Positions 41,463-52,298 of a DNA stretch of 64,000 nucleotides are shown here, piece by piece. The first letter of the stretch is position 1. Every line of letters starts with the position of its first letter. The notes beneath the pieces are model-generated. The model made no database searches and was not told the origin of the DNA. It was given only the letters and a program-made list of their open reading frames with translations. The translations under genes and the position numbers were made by a program. Origin of the DNA: Candidatus Anstonellaceae archaeon (lineage in GTDB: Archaea; Micrarchaeota; Micrarchaeia; Anstonellales; Anstonellaceae); contig JAWAKW010000001.1 in NCBI GenBank assembly GCA_038887295.1, positions 366,359-430,358 on the forward strand, given 5' to 3'.

Positions 41463-42670
41463 TTGGGCAATATCGCAAGCACGCCATCCAGCCTTCCCAA
41501 AAGCAAAAGCGCTGCGTTTACTTGTCTTTTTGAGGCATCCTCCTTTGCTGCTTTTTGCAGAAACCTTTCAATTGCAGCAATTGCGCAAGGCGCATTCAAG
41601 TCACAATCCATGCATTCTTCAAACTCCTCCTGAAGCCTTTTTGCAAGGCTCTCAAACTGCTTATTCTCCTTCCCATCCTTCTCTTTTAGGGTTTGCAAAG
41701 CTTGCTTTATCAACCCATACCTTTTCTTGATTGCATCTGCATATTCCCAAGTGAAATTCAGCCTTTTTCTGTAATGGACTGACAAAAGCAAAAAGCGCAC
41801 CGCTCTTGGTGTAAACCCCTTTTTGAGCAGATCCTGCAGGTAAATTACATTGCCTTTGGTCTTGCTCATTTTTTGGCCATTCACTATCAAGTGCCTTATG
41901 TGGATCCAGTATTTTGCATACTCTCCTTTGAGCGCTTCCACCAGCGCGCGCGTATTTTCATGGTGGTTGAAGATGTTATCTTTGCCCCCCATTGCAACAT
42001 CTATTCCACGCCCCAGCGTCTCAAAAGACATTACTGCGCAATGCAAATTCCAGGCAGGATATGCCCATCCAAGCTTGGACTGAAAGCAAAAGCCCCCTTT
42101 TTTTCCTGCGGTGCTGCAAGGCTTCCATATGAGGAAATCTCCTGCCAAGTACCGCTTGTATTCCTCAAGCATAACCTTCCTTTTCTTAGGCTTCAGCCGG
42201 CTTCCAGAAAGCTCACCGTATGGCGGATATTTTGATATATCAAAAAACACCCTCCCTCTCTCGTCTTTGTATGCAAGCTTTGCCTGCTGAAGCTGAATTA
42301 CCCAGTCTGCCATCCTGTCCACATATTGGCTTACATGAGGGTAGCTGTCTGCAGGCAAAATCTCAAGCAAGTCAGCGTCATGCCTGAAAAGCCCCTCGCA
42401 CTCCAGCGCAAGTTTGCGGCAGTCGCACTTTCTTTTTTTTGCCTCCTTTACAATACTGTTGTCAAAATCAGTTATATTCATCACATGGGTTACCTTGTAT
42501 CCAAGATAAATCAAGTAGCGCTTAAACAAATCTTCCCATACATAAGTTCTGAAATTGCCTATGTGCGGCCTTGCATAAACTGTGGGCCCACAGGTGTACA
42601 TTCTAACCTCGCCGCGCTTTTTTGGCCTAAATTGCTGCATTTTTTTTGTCAGGCTGTCAAATATTTCCAT
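41459..42670 (-). CDS. cysS: Cysteine--tRNA ligase-like protein (divergent, short)
   Basis: YTCGPTVY, HIGN, NITD, KMSK, HYRK present; PGWHIEC and FPHHENE motifs altered. Confidence 0.75.
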   Translation of the reverse strand: MEIFDSLTKKMQQFRPKKRGEVRMYTCGPTVYARPHIGNFRTYVWEDLFKRYLIYLGYKVTHVMNITDFDNSIVKEAKKRKCDCRKLALECEGLFRHDADLLEILPADSYPHVSQYVDRMADWVIQLQQAKLAYKDERGRVFFDISKYPPYGELSGSRLKPKKRKVMLEEYKRYLAGDFLIWKPCSTAGKKGGFCFQSKLGWAYPAWNLHCAVMSFETLGRGIDVAMGGKDNIFNHHENTRALVEALKGEYAKYWIHIRHLIVNGQKMSKTKGNVIYLQDLLKKGFTPRAVRFLLLSVHYRKRLNFTWEYADAIKKRYGLIKQALQTLKEKDGKENKQFESLAKRLQEEFEECMDCDLNAPCAIAAIERFLQKAAKEDASKRQVNAALLLLGRLDGVLAILPK

Positions 42671-42674
42671 AAAA

Positions 42675-43424
42675 TCACATGTTCATTTTTTCAAAGCTAT
42701 AAATCCCTCCAAGCATAAATATAATGCTGAACAGCGTAAGCGCAGCCACATCTAGCAATATCCCAAAATTTGTCATCCCCAATATTGCATACCTTAGCAA
42801 ATCAACTCCGTATGTAAGCGGATTGAGAGGGAGCAGGACCTTCAAATAGGCCGGCAAATTATCCATCGGAAAGAGTGCCCCTGACAGCATAAACATGGGC
42901 CAAAGGATAAAGCTCATCACAAGGTTGAACCCTTCAGGGCTTTTCATATTTGCCCCAATTATCAGCCCAAGCGAGACTATGCAGCATGAAATCAATGCAC
43001 AAACCAGCAATGCAATCAGTGCGGCATCCGGCCGGGCCAGCCCAAGCAGCACTCCCACTGCCAAAAGCACTGCTGCTTGCACCATCACATCAGTTGCTCC
43101 ACCCAGCATTTTTCCTGCAAACACTGCGCTTCTTGGAACTGGGGCAACCAGCACTTCTTTGAGGAAATCCAGTTTTCTGTCCCATATGACATAAAGCCCG
43201 TAAAAAATTGAGCCAAACAAGACTGTCATGCCTACAATTCCTGGAAAGATGAACTGCTGGTACTCCATCCCACCAATTTTTACCGCGCTTCCAACTCCTG
43301 CCCCAAAAATCATTATCCACAAAAGCGGAGTCACTATCGCAGAAATCACCCTCTCTTTTTCCCTAACAAATACTTTTGCTTCTCTCAGCCAAACTGCATA
43401 AACTGCATCAGCAAACCTGCCCAT
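42675..43424 (-). CDS. ABC-2 type transporter permease
   Basis: FIFPGIVGM, LKEVLVAPV, LSGALFP, NPLTYGVD. Confidence 0.9.
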   Translation of the reverse strand: MGRFADAVYAVWLREAKVFVREKERVISAIVTPLLWIMIFGAGVGSAVKIGGMEYQQFIFPGIVGMTVLFGSIFYGLYVIWDRKLDFLKEVLVAPVPRSAVFAGKMLGGATDVMVQAAVLLAVGVLLGLARPDAALIALLVCALISCCIVSLGLIIGANMKSPEGFNLVMSFILWPMFMLSGALFPMDNLPAYLKVLLPLNPLTYGVDLLRYAILGMTNFGILLDVAALTLFSIIFMLGGIYSFEKMNM

Positions 43425-43428
43425 CCTC

Positions 43429-44397
43429 TCACTTCCCTTTGCTTTGTATAATCCTTTCCATATACCCGCCTTCGCCTTCTTCCTCCCTTATTTGCCTCCC
43501 TGTATATTTTATGAACAAATCATTCAGGCTTGCAGGTCGGAGACTTACAGACTCTATATCCTTGAATTTGCGGAGGATTTTCGGCAGAGCCTCAGTGGTG
43601 TTTTTTATGATTGCAACCACTTGGCCTTTTTTTGCGCTTCTGACCTTCCCAAAGCTTTTGAGCCCTTCTGCAAGTGTGCGCGGGCATCGGGTCTTGAATA
43701 TTGCAACGTCTCCTTCCAGGCTTTCCACCAGCTGGCGCGGCTGTCCAACCGCAAGTATTTTTCCCCTGTCAATTATTGCCACCCGGTCAGCATACATCTC
43801 GGCTTCCTCAAGGTAGTGGGTGGTGAAAACCACTGTGGTTTTTTCGGTTTGAGAAAGCTTCCTAATGTATCTCCATATTTTCTCGCGCGTTTGGGGGTCT
43901 AGCCCAATGGTTGGCTCATCCAAAAAGAGCACCTTTGGCTTGTGCAAAATCCCACGCGCAATTTCCAGCCTGCGCCGCATTCCACCTGAATACTCCCTTA
44001 CTTTGGAGTGCTGCCTTTCTACAAGGCCTACCAGCGAAAGCACCCGATCTATCCGGGCCTCCCTTTCGTTTTGCGGCACCCCATACATCAGCGCGTGCAT
44101 GTAAAGATTTTCCCTGCCAGTCAGCAAATCATCCACGCTTGGAGCCTGAAACACCACCCCGATCGACTGCCTGACTTCCATAGGCTCCTTTTCTACATCG
44201 TGCCCAGCAACTTTCGCAGTGCCGGCATCAGGGGCTAACAAGCCACACAGGATAAGTATGGCAGTGGTTTTTCCAGCCCCATTTGGCCCAAGAAGGGCAA
44301 ATATTTCGCCTTCGTTTATGTCTAGGCTTATGCTGTTTAGTGCGCGTATCTTTCCGAATGATTTTGCAAGCCCATCAATTTCAATCGCTTTTGGCAT
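43429..44397 (-). CDS. ABC transporter ATP-binding protein (DrrA-like)
   Basis: GPNGAGKT, YSGGMRRR, LDEPTIGLD; likely start MPKAIEID. Confidence 0.92.
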   Translation of the reverse strand: MPKAIEIDGLAKSFGKIRALNSISLDINEGEIFALLGPNGAGKTTAILILCGLLAPDAGTAKVAGHDVEKEPMEVRQSIGVVFQAPSVDDLLTGRENLYMHALMYGVPQNEREARIDRVLSLVGLVERQHSKVREYSGGMRRRLEIARGILHKPKVLFLDEPTIGLDPQTREKIWRYIRKLSQTEKTTVVFTTHYLEEAEMYADRVAIIDRGKILAVGQPRQLVESLEGDVAIFKTRCPRTLAEGLKSFGKVRSAKKGQVVAIIKNTTEALPKILRKFKDIESVSLRPASLNDLFIKYTGRQIREEEGEGGYMERIIQSKGK

Positions 44398-44448
44398 ACT
44401 TTCGAATTTGATAGTGCAGCTTTTAAACAGCACCGACAAAAAAGCGGC

Positions 44449-44763
44449 ATGCACGAAACCTCTTCCAAAGCAGAATTGGCCCAAAAAATTTCAAAAGGCA
44501 AATGCATAGTTTTGTTTTACGCAAGCTGGTGCCCGGACTGCTCTAGGTTCATGCCAACTTTTGATTCCCTTACACTCCCAAAAGGTTATGCTGTTTTGAA
44601 GGCAAAAATTGATGAGGATTCCAATCCCATCTGGGAGGAATTCAAAATTGAGGTAGTCCCCACCGTGGTTTTGTTTGAAAACGGCAAAGAAAAGGCAAGG
44701 GCTGAGGAAACTTCACCTGGCAGCTGTGCAAAAGGACTCAAAAGGCTGCTTTCAAAACTTTAA
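44449..44763 (+). CDS. Thioredoxin family protein
   Basis: FYASWCPDC, VPT cis-Pro motif. Confidence 0.85.
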   Translation: MHETSSKAELAQKISKGKCIVLFYASWCPDCSRFMPTFDSLTLPKGYAVLKAKIDEDSNPIWEEFKIEVVPTVVLFENGKEKARAEETSPGSCAKGLKRLLSKL

Positions 44764-45509
44764 TCTGCCTCTATCCGTGGAGCCAGATAGTAAACCACCT
44801 TTGCCCCTTCAACTTCGTACTCGACTTTCAGCGGCTTATTGGTGGCAAGATAGACAAGCAAGGAGGCATTTTCCGGGCATGCCCTGACAATATCTTCCAA
44901 ATATTGAAGCGGGAAAGTTGCCCGGGAAGGCTTACTTACTTTCATCTCTATTACTTCCTCAGACTGCATGTCATTTTCCTCAGTCAAATCTGTAGAATCG
45001 CCGTGCACCTCTATCCAAAAGCCTTTTTCTGAGGCTTCAAGCGTAATGTGTGACCCAACAAGGGCAGCATCTCTGAGGCTTTCTTTGAAGTGCGTGCTTG
45101 AAACCTTCACCACTGCATCATGCTGTACTGCTGGCTCTTTGGTGGCGCCCGCAGGCATGTCAATTATCGGGACTTTGAAACTCCTTTTCCTGCGTTGCCC
45201 GATGAACTTGAGCTGAAGCTTGTTTTCCGCCTGCGTTATCTCAAGCTTTTCGCCCAATCTGCTTCTTGAAAGTATTTTTGCAATGTTATCAAAGTTGAGC
45301 CCGACTTTTGCAGGTGGAAGTGGGGCTTCGTAGTGCGAAAATGCGCCAGCAGGCATGGAAAAGACAACCATCGAAATTTGGGAGGGGTCCATTGCCCTCA
45401 AAAACAGGCCATCCCTCCCTATTTCAAGTATCCCTTCATCAATCAAGTTCACTATGGCATCAATTGCATTTTTGTAGCGCCTTGCGTCATCCACCATGAT
45501 TTTGAACAT
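44760..45509 (-). CDS. pcn: DNA sliding clamp PCNA
   Basis: RAMDPSQISMV, YYLAPRIE; 249 aa. Confidence 0.94.
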   Translation of the reverse strand: MFKIMVDDARRYKNAIDAIVNLIDEGILEIGRDGLFLRAMDPSQISMVVFSMPAGAFSHYEAPLPPAKVGLNFDNIAKILSRSRLGEKLEITQAENKLQLKFIGQRRKRSFKVPIIDMPAGATKEPAVQHDAVVKVSSTHFKESLRDAALVGSHITLEASEKGFWIEVHGDSTDLTEENDMQSEEVIEMKVSKPSRATFPLQYLEDIVRACPENASLLVYLATNKPLKVEYEVEGAKVVYYLAPRIEAD

Positions 45510-45574
45510 GAAAACAACACCCCCTTATACACTTCCACGCATATCTTTAAAGCAGTTTGGTAGATTATCTGTCC

Positions 45575-46306
45575 ATGCAAGGCGCCCTGTATCTTGAGGA
45601 CTCTTATTTGAGAAGCTGCATTTCCACCGTAACTCAGGTAAGGGAGGGCAAATACATAATCCTCGACCAAACAGTCTTTTACCCAACAGGAGGGGGGCAG
45701 CCGTGTGATACTGGCAAACTCGTGCGCCTCTCAGACGGTGCCGTATTCAAAGTGGTTTCTGTTTCAAAATCGCCAGAAGGTATCATCCATGAAATTGAGC
45801 TGGCAAGCACTTCCCTGCCGCCTCTTGACAGCGGCCAGCAGGTCCAATGCAGCATAGATTGGGAAAGAAGGTACAAGCTGATGAGGATGCATACTGCAGG
45901 GCACGTCCTTGCGGCAATACTCTATTCAGAAAAAGGCATATTGATTACAGGCAACCTGCTGGGCATAGACAAATCCCGCTTTGATTTTTCGCTTCAAAAT
46001 TTTGACCGTGCTGAGTTTGAATCATTGGTGAAAAAGGCAAACGAGGTAATCTCGCGCAACCTTGAGGTCAAGGTTTTTTACATTTCGCGCCAGGAAGCCT
46101 CCAATTACCCGGGCGCAGTAAAGCTTGCATCTGCCCTCCCCCCTGAAATTCCCACACTAAGGATGGTTCAGATAGGTGACATTGACTGCCAGGCAGACGG
46201 CGGAACCCATGTGAAAAATACCTCCGAAATCGGCCAAATAGTCTTCTTGGGGGCTGAAAACAAGGGAAAAAATAACAGAAGAATAATATTCACGGTGCAG
46301 CCTTAA
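45575..46306 (+). CDS. alaXM: Alanyl-tRNA editing protein AlaX-M
   Basis: TVFYPTGGGQP, MRMHTAGH, DGGTHV. Confidence 0.9.
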   Translation: MQGALYLEDSYLRSCISTVTQVREGKYIILDQTVFYPTGGGQPCDTGKLVRLSDGAVFKVVSVSKSPEGIIHEIELASTSLPPLDSGQQVQCSIDWERRYKLMRMHTAGHVLAAILYSEKGILITGNLLGIDKSRFDFSLQNFDRAEFESLVKKANEVISRNLEVKVFYISRQEASNYPGAVKLASALPPEIPTLRMVQIGDIDCQADGGTHVKNTSEIGQIVFLGAENKGKNNRRIIFTVQP

Positions 46307-46369
46307 GCTGCTGCACTGGTGCAACATTTGCCCTAACTCGCCGCTGCGCAAGCAACTTTTTTATATTTT

Positions 46370-46391
46370 CATATGCTTATATAATTATATG
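46370..46391. promoter_or_regulatory. Imperfect palindrome over the arsR start codon (putative autoregulatory operator)
   Basis: CATATGCTTATATAATTATATG; 9 of 11 positions pair. Confidence 0.55.
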
Positions 46392-46661
46392 AATAAGGCA
46401 GCAAAAATTTTCGCCGCTTTGGCTGAGCCAACTCGCTTGGAAATACTGCTTCAGCTTTCTAAGCGGAGCGGCTGCGTGTCTGGCCTTCAGCTTAAGCTAA
46501 ACCGCAGCCAACCAAACATCTCACAGCACCTTCGGGTGCTAAGGGAGGCAGGCTTGGTCAAAAGCAGGCGAGATGGCAAAAAAGTGTGCTATTCTCTTTC
46601 AAGCAGCGCGGTTGCCAGGCTGATTTCTGCTGCCGAAAAACTAGGAGGGAGAGAATGGTAG
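46389..46661 (+). CDS. ArsR/SmtB family transcriptional regulator
   Basis: FAALAEPTRLEIL, SQPNISQHLRVLREAGLV. Confidence 0.92.
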   Translation: MNKAAKIFAALAEPTRLEILLQLSKRSGCVSGLQLKLNRSQPNISQHLRVLREAGLVKSRRDGKKVCYSLSSSAVARLISAAEKLGGREW

Positions 46662-46906
46662 AAGCATCTGAGGGCCAAGTGATTGTCTACAGCACCAAAA
46701 CCTGCCCTTTTTGCATAATGGCAAAAAGGTACCTAACCCAAAAAGGAGTCAAGTTCATAGATTATGATGTTGGCTCTGACCAAAAAAAGGCATTTGAAAT
46801 GATTGCAAAAAGCGGCCAGATGGGGGTTCCAGTGCTGGATATAAAAGGCAAAATAATTGTCGGCTTTGACAAACAGGCAATAGACGAAGCTCTGGCTGCA
46901 GACTGA
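46655..46906 (+). CDS. Glutaredoxin-like (NrdH/YruB-type) protein
   Basis: VYSTKTCPFC, SGQMGVPV, IVGFD; GGAGG SD. Confidence 0.9.
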   Translation: MVEASEGQVIVYSTKTCPFCIMAKRYLTQKGVKFIDYDVGSDQKKAFEMIAKSGQMGVPVLDIKGKIIVGFDKQAIDEALAAD

Positions 46907-46915
46907 GGTGAGAAT

Positions 46916-47122
46916 ATGAAGTTTGAAAAAAATGTCGGCGAGATTGACCGTGCAGTGCGCGCAATAGTTGGCGCTGCCTTGCTTGCAGCGATAGTGTTTG
47001 CTGATTTTGATATCGCGCTCAAGCTGCTGCTTGGACTTGCAGGTGTAGTTTTGCTTGCAACAGCCTTGACTGGAAGCTGCATGCTTTATTCAGTGCTGGG
47101 CATCAACACATGCAAAAAGTAG
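46916..47122 (+). CDS. DUF2892 (YgaP-like) membrane protein
   Basis: KNVGEIDRAVR, two TM helices, C.LY..LGINTC. Confidence 0.88.
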   Translation: MKFEKNVGEIDRAVRAIVGAALLAAIVFADFDIALKLLLGLAGVVLLATALTGSCMLYSVLGINTCKK

Positions 47123-47124
47123 CT

Positions 47125-48066
47125 TCAGCCTTCAAAGTGCCTGTCGCACCCTTCAGGGGTAGGTATTGCTATCGGAGAGATGAATAGCTTAAGATATCCT
47201 ACTACAGGAACAGACAGCACTACTTTTCCTTTTACCCTTTCCATTTCCACAGGCAAATTCCTCTCCCCTGCAAGCTCCACCTGCACATCAAAAACAGGGT
47301 TGTTGTCGCCTTTGGTAAGCACAAAGCTTTGATTTCCTGCCTTCAAAATCAGGTAGGCGCGGTGGATAATGTCTCCCACCCTTGCGTAATATTCGGTCTC
47401 TTTTGGCGAATAGACTACCACATCGTTGCTTGCATCAAAATAGTATTTTTTCCCTCCCACTTGTACCCATTTTACGCAAGGACCATACTGCCTTTCGCCG
47501 CTTTTTGGATAGACAATTTGGCACCTTTCGTATCCAAACATTACTTCACCATGCCTTTCAGTGAAATCTTGCGGCCTGGAAAGGAAGTCGTTACACAAGG
47601 ACAAGGAGGGGTTTTGGACACAGGCAGAATAAATTGAGCCACTTACATTTACCACCGGCTTGCCGTTCTGGATAACTTCTGCCCTCCCCAAGCCTTGTGC
47701 ACTTTTGACTTCTGCCTGCGGCGCATTGATTTGCCAGCCAGCAATCACCACCAAATCTCCACGCTGAATGTTTGGAAGCATAGAGCATGAAACCACCGCA
47801 TTCAGCGGCGAGGGAGTCTGAAGCAAAAATCCTGCCCCAAACCAAATTGAAAGCGCAATCAAAACCGCGATGGCAGTTTCCTTGATTTCATGCATCAGTC
47901 CATGCTTTTTTATACCTGCCAAAACCTCAAGCACTACTGCCGCAACTATTGAAGCCCCGCACAGCACCCCAAACAGCCAAAAGCCACTTGCAAGATACAA
48001 AAGCAAGGTGGCAGCTATTGCTACATAAGATACCTTCTGGTAAAAAAGCAGCTGCTTTTCCTCCAT
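47125..48066 (-). CDS. Archaeal signal peptidase I (S26) with a large Cys-containing insertion
   Basis: VVSCSMLP..RGD, IIHR, TKGDNN, GKV..VP.VGY. Confidence 0.82.
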   Translation of the reverse strand: MEEKQLLFYQKVSYVAIAATLLLYLASGFWLFGVLCGASIVAAVVLEVLAGIKKHGLMHEIKETAIAVLIALSIWFGAGFLLQTPSPLNAVVSCSMLPNIQRGDLVVIAGWQINAPQAEVKSAQGLGRAEVIQNGKPVVNVSGSIYSACVQNPSLSLCNDFLSRPQDFTERHGEVMFGYERCQIVYPKSGERQYGPCVKWVQVGGKKYYFDASNDVVVYSPKETEYYARVGDIIHRAYLILKAGNQSFVLTKGDNNPVFDVQVELAGERNLPVEMERVKGKVVLSVPVVGYLKLFISPIAIPTPEGCDRHFEG

Positions 48067-48076
48067 TTCCACAAAC

Positions 48077-48370
48077 CTATTTCTTAGGCTTCTTTGCAGC
48101 TTTGAGCGCTTCCTTGAATTCGCTTGCCTGCTTGCGCAGCTTCTTTATTGCAGCCTTTATTGCAGAAAGAGGACTTCCCTCGCTTACTCTCACCATCAGC
48201 ACAGGAGGAGCAACCAGAGGATGGTCCTGCCTACAAGCTGCAAATTCCACATTTTCATCCTCAAGCATTATCTCCTTTAGTGCATTAGGAAAGCCAATGT
48301 CCACGTCCTCCCCATGAAGCTCAATTTCAATATAGTCCTTCTCGTTTTTCACAACTTTTATTTCCATCAA
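48077..48370 (-). CDS. rpoL: RNA polymerase subunit Rpo11 (L)
   Basis: IELHGED..NAL, FAA..DHPL; adjacent to csl4. Confidence 0.85.
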   Translation of the reverse strand: MMEIKVVKNEKDYIEIELHGEDVDIGFPNALKEIMLEDENVEFAACRQDHPLVAPPVLMVRVSEGSPLSAIKAAIKKLRKQASEFKEALKAAKKPKK

Positions 48371-48379
48371 AAATCCCCC

Positions 48380-48955
48380 CTAAATTTGAGCTTTCCGATA
48401 ATCCTTTGCCAATTTCCGGTTTTCAGTAGCTTTGCACTGTTCGCATTTAAGTAGCCTTCCTTCCTGCCTGAGTGGGTGGCGGCACTTGCTGCAGAATGCC
48501 TTTATTGCGCCAAGCTCCTCGGAATCTGTTGAAAGGCGCATCTCCCCATTGCGCATATCTACTATTTTTGCGCGTATGATATCTCCAATTCTGTATTCGT
48601 CCCGCACATTGCGCACATAGCCTCTTTTTATCATGGAAGCATGAAGCACTGCATAATCTGGGTTGTCGCCGAACCTTTCATCAGCCTGCTCCAAGGCCCC
48701 TCCCATTTGCATGCTTACAAGCGCAATCGGCTCCACAATATTTTCCACCCTCCCTATTATTATGGAACCCACCCCATATGCCCTCAGAGGGGTTCCATGC
48801 GCTACAGAAAGCCTGCGGTTCTGCTCAAGCAGGGTGCCGCACACACTTGCCCTTATAGACTCTCCTTCTATATACGTGCCTTCCCCTGCCAAATATTCTT
48901 CCTCGGTGCCCAAAAATTCACCCGGGATTACAAACCTCTTTTCCATCTGAACCAT
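48380..48955 (-). CDS. csl4: Exosome RNA-binding protein Csl4
   Basis: PGEFLGTEEE, S1 domain GDIIRAK, CSKC/CEQC Zn ribbon, ENRKLA. Confidence 0.92.
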   Translation of the reverse strand: MVQMEKRFVIPGEFLGTEEEYLAGEGTYIEGESIRASVCGTLLEQNRRLSVAHGTPLRAYGVGSIIIGRVENIVEPIALVSMQMGGALEQADERFGDNPDYAVLHASMIKRGYVRNVRDEYRIGDIIRAKIVDMRNGEMRLSTDSEELGAIKAFCSKCRHPLRQEGRLLKCEQCKATENRKLAKDYRKAQI

Positions 48956-49016
48956 CCCAAACTAGGTGTTTCTGCTTCAATAAATATTTAAATGGCTTTT
49001 CCCAAACCCTCTATCA

Positions 49017-50261
49017 ATGACAGCCAAAAAAGGCAAATTGGTCATCTGCATTGACCGGGACAATGACCTTTACGAGAAAATCAAGGTTTCTGGCCCAATA
49101 ATTGGCAGGGAGGCAAACCTTGAGGCAGCCATAAAGCTGGCTCTTGCAGACCCAACAGAAACCGATGCAAATACTATGTTTCAGGCAATCAAAATCTATG
49201 ATGCCATCTCATCAGAAATGCCCGCGCAAATTGTCACCCTCACCGGCTCACCTTCGCTTGGGTATGCTGCAGACAAGGAGATTGCAAGCCAACTTGACAG
49301 GGTGCTTTCAGAATTTCCCGTGGATTCTTGCATATTTGTTTCTGATGGCGCATCTGACCAGCAGATACTGCCAATCATCCGCTCCAGGCTGAAAATCGAC
49401 AGCGTGGAGCTGGTGGTGATGAAGCAGGCAAAGGAGCTTGAAAAGACATATTTTGTCATTTTGGAAAAGCTCAAAGAGCCCCATTACGCCCGCTTGGTTT
49501 TCGGCATCCCGGCAGTCCTGCTTTTGCTTTTTGCGGCAAGCCGATACCTTGGCTTGGGCATAGAGTTTGTTGCGGCAGTGCTTGCCTTGTATTTGGGGCT
49601 GAAAGCATTTGGGATAGAAGACAGGATTTTCAAGATAGCCTCTGAGTTCCGCTTTGCCGCAGACAAAATTTCAAGCATCATCTACTTCGTCTTTTTCATC
49701 ATGCTCCTTGTTGCAGGCTGGGCAGCCTTCCAGCGCTACACCACCGCGCAGGAGATAGGGCTGGACAGCGTCAAGACAACCACCTATGTGGTAAAAACGC
49801 TTGCCAACATGCTTTCAATTGCCTTCCTCATCCTTTTTGCAGGCAAGACCATAGATATCCTCAACGAGCGCGAGCCGAAGAAGATAGAGATACCCACATA
49901 TGGACTTTATGCAATAAGCACAGTGATAGTGTGGTTCCTCATTTCAGTTGCCTCTGACTGGGTGCTCAACTTATACCCGCCCTATGTTTCCTTCCAGGAT
50001 TTCCTTCTTGCAGTGATTGCGGCAACATTTTTGGGCTTTTTTGGGATTTGGTCCATGAGGCAAATCAAAATCTCGCTTATTTTGAAGATGAAGCTGGACG
50101 GAAGGGAGCTTTTCACCGAGCATGGCGCCTATCTTGGCAAAATCGTAGGAGTTGACCCTAAAGAATCCCTTCTTATTTACCGCTCCCCTCTTGGCCAAAA
50201 GCTTTCAGTCCATCTAAGCGACATTTCCTCGCTTGGTGAGCGCGTAATAATCAAAACTTAA
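49017..50261 (+). CDS. DUF373 family membrane protein with C-terminal PRC-barrel-like domain
   Basis: [36 protein letters not shown]. Confidence 0.85.
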   Translation: MTAKKGKLVICIDRDNDLYEKIKVSGPIIGREANLEAAIKLALADPTETDANTMFQAIKIYDAISSEMPAQIVTLTGSPSLGYAADKEIASQLDRVLSEFPVDSCIFVSDGASDQQILPIIRSRLKIDSVELVVMKQAKELEKTYFVILEKLKEPHYARLVFGIPAVLLLLFAASRYLGLGIEFVAAVLALYLGLKAFGIEDRIFKIASEFRFAADKISSIIYFVFFIMLLVAGWAAFQRYTTAQEIGLDSVKTTTYVVKTLANMLSIAFLILFAGKTIDILNEREPKKIEIPTYGLYAISTVIVWFLISVASDWVLNLYPPYVSFQDFLLAVIAATFLGFFGIWSMRQIKISLILKMKLDGRELFTEHGAYLGKIVGVDPKESLLIYRSPLGQKLSVHLSDISSLGERVIIKT

Positions 50262-52264
50262 CCTTTTGCACTAATCATTTTCCTCATTTTTGCAATAAGC
50301 TTTTTCTTCTGTGGGCAGTCCACCAGTGCCACTTTTAGCACATCCAAAAAGTTCTTTGCAGGGATTATCTTTATTTTGCCCCTCAGCTTTTTGGAAAGGT
50401 AAATGTCCTCTATATTGTTTGCAGGCACAATGATTTCTTTCATCCCTGCCTCAATTGCAGCCTCAGTCTTTCCGGTCACTCCACCCACAGGCAACACCTC
50501 GCCTCTGACAGAAAGAGAGCCGGTCATTGCAACCTCCTGCCTTACTGGAATGCCTTCCATTGCAGAAATTATTGCAACCGCAATTGAAATTGAAGCAGAA
50601 TCGCCTTCCACGCCTTCATAGGTTTGCAGGAATTGAACATGCATGTCATACTGGCTCACATCCCTTCCAATATGCTTCTTTATTATTGCAGAGACGTTTT
50701 CCACAGCCTCCTTTGCAATTGTGCCAAGCTTTCCTGTTGCAATCAGCTTGCCTTCAGCTTTGCTGCTGGATGGGGTGACTTCAGCAACTATGGGCAGCAC
50801 CAGCCCAGAAAGGGTGTCTCCCAGCACCGCAAGCCCATTCACCTTTCCTACTTGGCTTCCTTCTGAAGAAAATACCTGGTAGTCCTTGCGGGATTCAATC
50901 ACCCTCCTGCTTATCTGCTGCTCCAAAGTTTGAGCTATTTTTTTTGCTCGAATCACATGCTCTGCAGTGACATATTTCGCCTTCTCCTCGTTTGCAATGT
51001 CGCCTGCAGCACGCACCAAGCCGCCCAGCTCCCTCAAGTTAAGCGAAAGCCTCTTTTTCCTGCCTGCCATTCTTCTTGCCTCGTCTATTACCTCTGCCAC
51101 CGCATCAGCAGTAAAGTGCGGAATCTTGCCGTCCTTCTTTATTTCCTGCGCCACGAACTGAACGTATTTGTCCTCGTTTTCAGGGGTATCAGGTATGCTG
51201 TCTTGCATATATACCTCATAGCCATTCCCGCGAATTCTGGACCTTAATGCAGGGTGCATGTTGCGCAAATCCATCAGGTTGCCTGCAGCAACCAGCACAA
51301 AATCGCACGGCACAGGCTCGGTTTTGACGATTGCCCCAGAGGAGTTTTCAGACTGCCCTGTGATTGGGTATTTTTTCTCCTGCATTGCAGTAAGGAGCTC
51401 CTGCTGGCTTCTGGGCCTCAGTGAGGCAATCTCATCAATGAAAAGCACGCCTTTGTTTGCGCGATGGATTGCGCCTGCCTCCACCCTCAAATGAGCAGGG
51501 GTGCCCAGCCCGCCTGACTGCAGCGGGTCGTGCTTCACATCGCCCAAAAGCGCGCCTGCCTTTGCCCCAGTTGCATCCACAAAAGGCGCAGTCTTTTTGC
51601 CTGAATTGTCCACAATCAGCTTGGGCTCAGTGGATTCTGAAAAGCCCAGCCTCCTTCCGAAATTGTTGGTGAATTTGTTGAGCAAAAACAAAAAGCCCAG
51701 CCCAAAAAGGATTGCAAGCACAAACCATTTGTTCTCGTTTGAGAGTATGCCGGTTGCATAAAGCACAATTATTGCCCCAATCATAACAAGCAAAAACCAA
51801 ATGCCATCGCTTCCGCTACTTCTGTTCATCATTGCTTCCCTGTTTTTGCTTGCCTGCTGTATTATCCTGCCCTGCCCAATATCTTCCTCTTCCTGCTTTG
51901 CTTGGGGCGCCATTTGCGCAAGCATCCTTTTCATCTGCCGAAAAGAGGAGTAAAGCTGGTAAAGCTGCGGGTCTTTCCTTATTTCCTCCTCAGAAGGGTA
52001 AGTTTTTACTGTCCGAATAATGGGTCGGTTTTCGTCGTTAGGGTTTGGATAAACCAGCACATCCTCAAGCTCGGTGGCAGGCATAAGCTCTGCCATTGCC
52101 TGGGCAAGCATGGACTTGCCTGTCCCAGGCATCCCAATCATCAGCACATTTCTTCTTTGCGCTGCCGCTTTCTTTATGATTTTGACTGCCTCATCCTGGC
52201 CTATCACTTGGTCTATCAGCCTGGAAGGAATAGGTATCTCATCAGTTGTTTTGAACTGCCTCAT
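50258..52264 (-). CDS. lonB: Membrane-anchored archaeal Lon protease
   Basis: DQVIGQ, GTGKS, two TM helices, [28 protein letters not shown]. Confidence 0.96.
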   Translation of the reverse strand: MRQFKTTDEIPIPSRLIDQVIGQDEAVKIIKKAAAQRRNVLMIGMPGTGKSMLAQAMAELMPATELEDVLVYPNPNDENRPIIRTVKTYPSEEEIRKDPQLYQLYSSFRQMKRMLAQMAPQAKQEEEDIGQGRIIQQASKNREAMMNRSSGSDGIWFLLVMIGAIIVLYATGILSNENKWFVLAILFGLGFLFLLNKFTNNFGRRLGFSESTEPKLIVDNSGKKTAPFVDATGAKAGALLGDVKHDPLQSGGLGTPAHLRVEAGAIHRANKGVLFIDEIASLRPRSQQELLTAMQEKKYPITGQSENSSGAIVKTEPVPCDFVLVAAGNLMDLRNMHPALRSRIRGNGYEVYMQDSIPDTPENEDKYVQFVAQEIKKDGKIPHFTADAVAEVIDEARRMAGRKKRLSLNLRELGGLVRAAGDIANEEKAKYVTAEHVIRAKKIAQTLEQQISRRVIESRKDYQVFSSEGSQVGKVNGLAVLGDTLSGLVLPIVAEVTPSSSKAEGKLIATGKLGTIAKEAVENVSAIIKKHIGRDVSQYDMHVQFLQTYEGVEGDSASISIAVAIISAMEGIPVRQEVAMTGSLSVRGEVLPVGGVTGKTEAAIEAGMKEIIVPANNIEDIYLSKKLRGKIKIIPAKNFLDVLKVALVDCPQKKKLIAKMRKMISAKG

Positions 52265-52298
52265 TCTAAAGCACCCATTTGCCCTCCTTGATTTTTAT

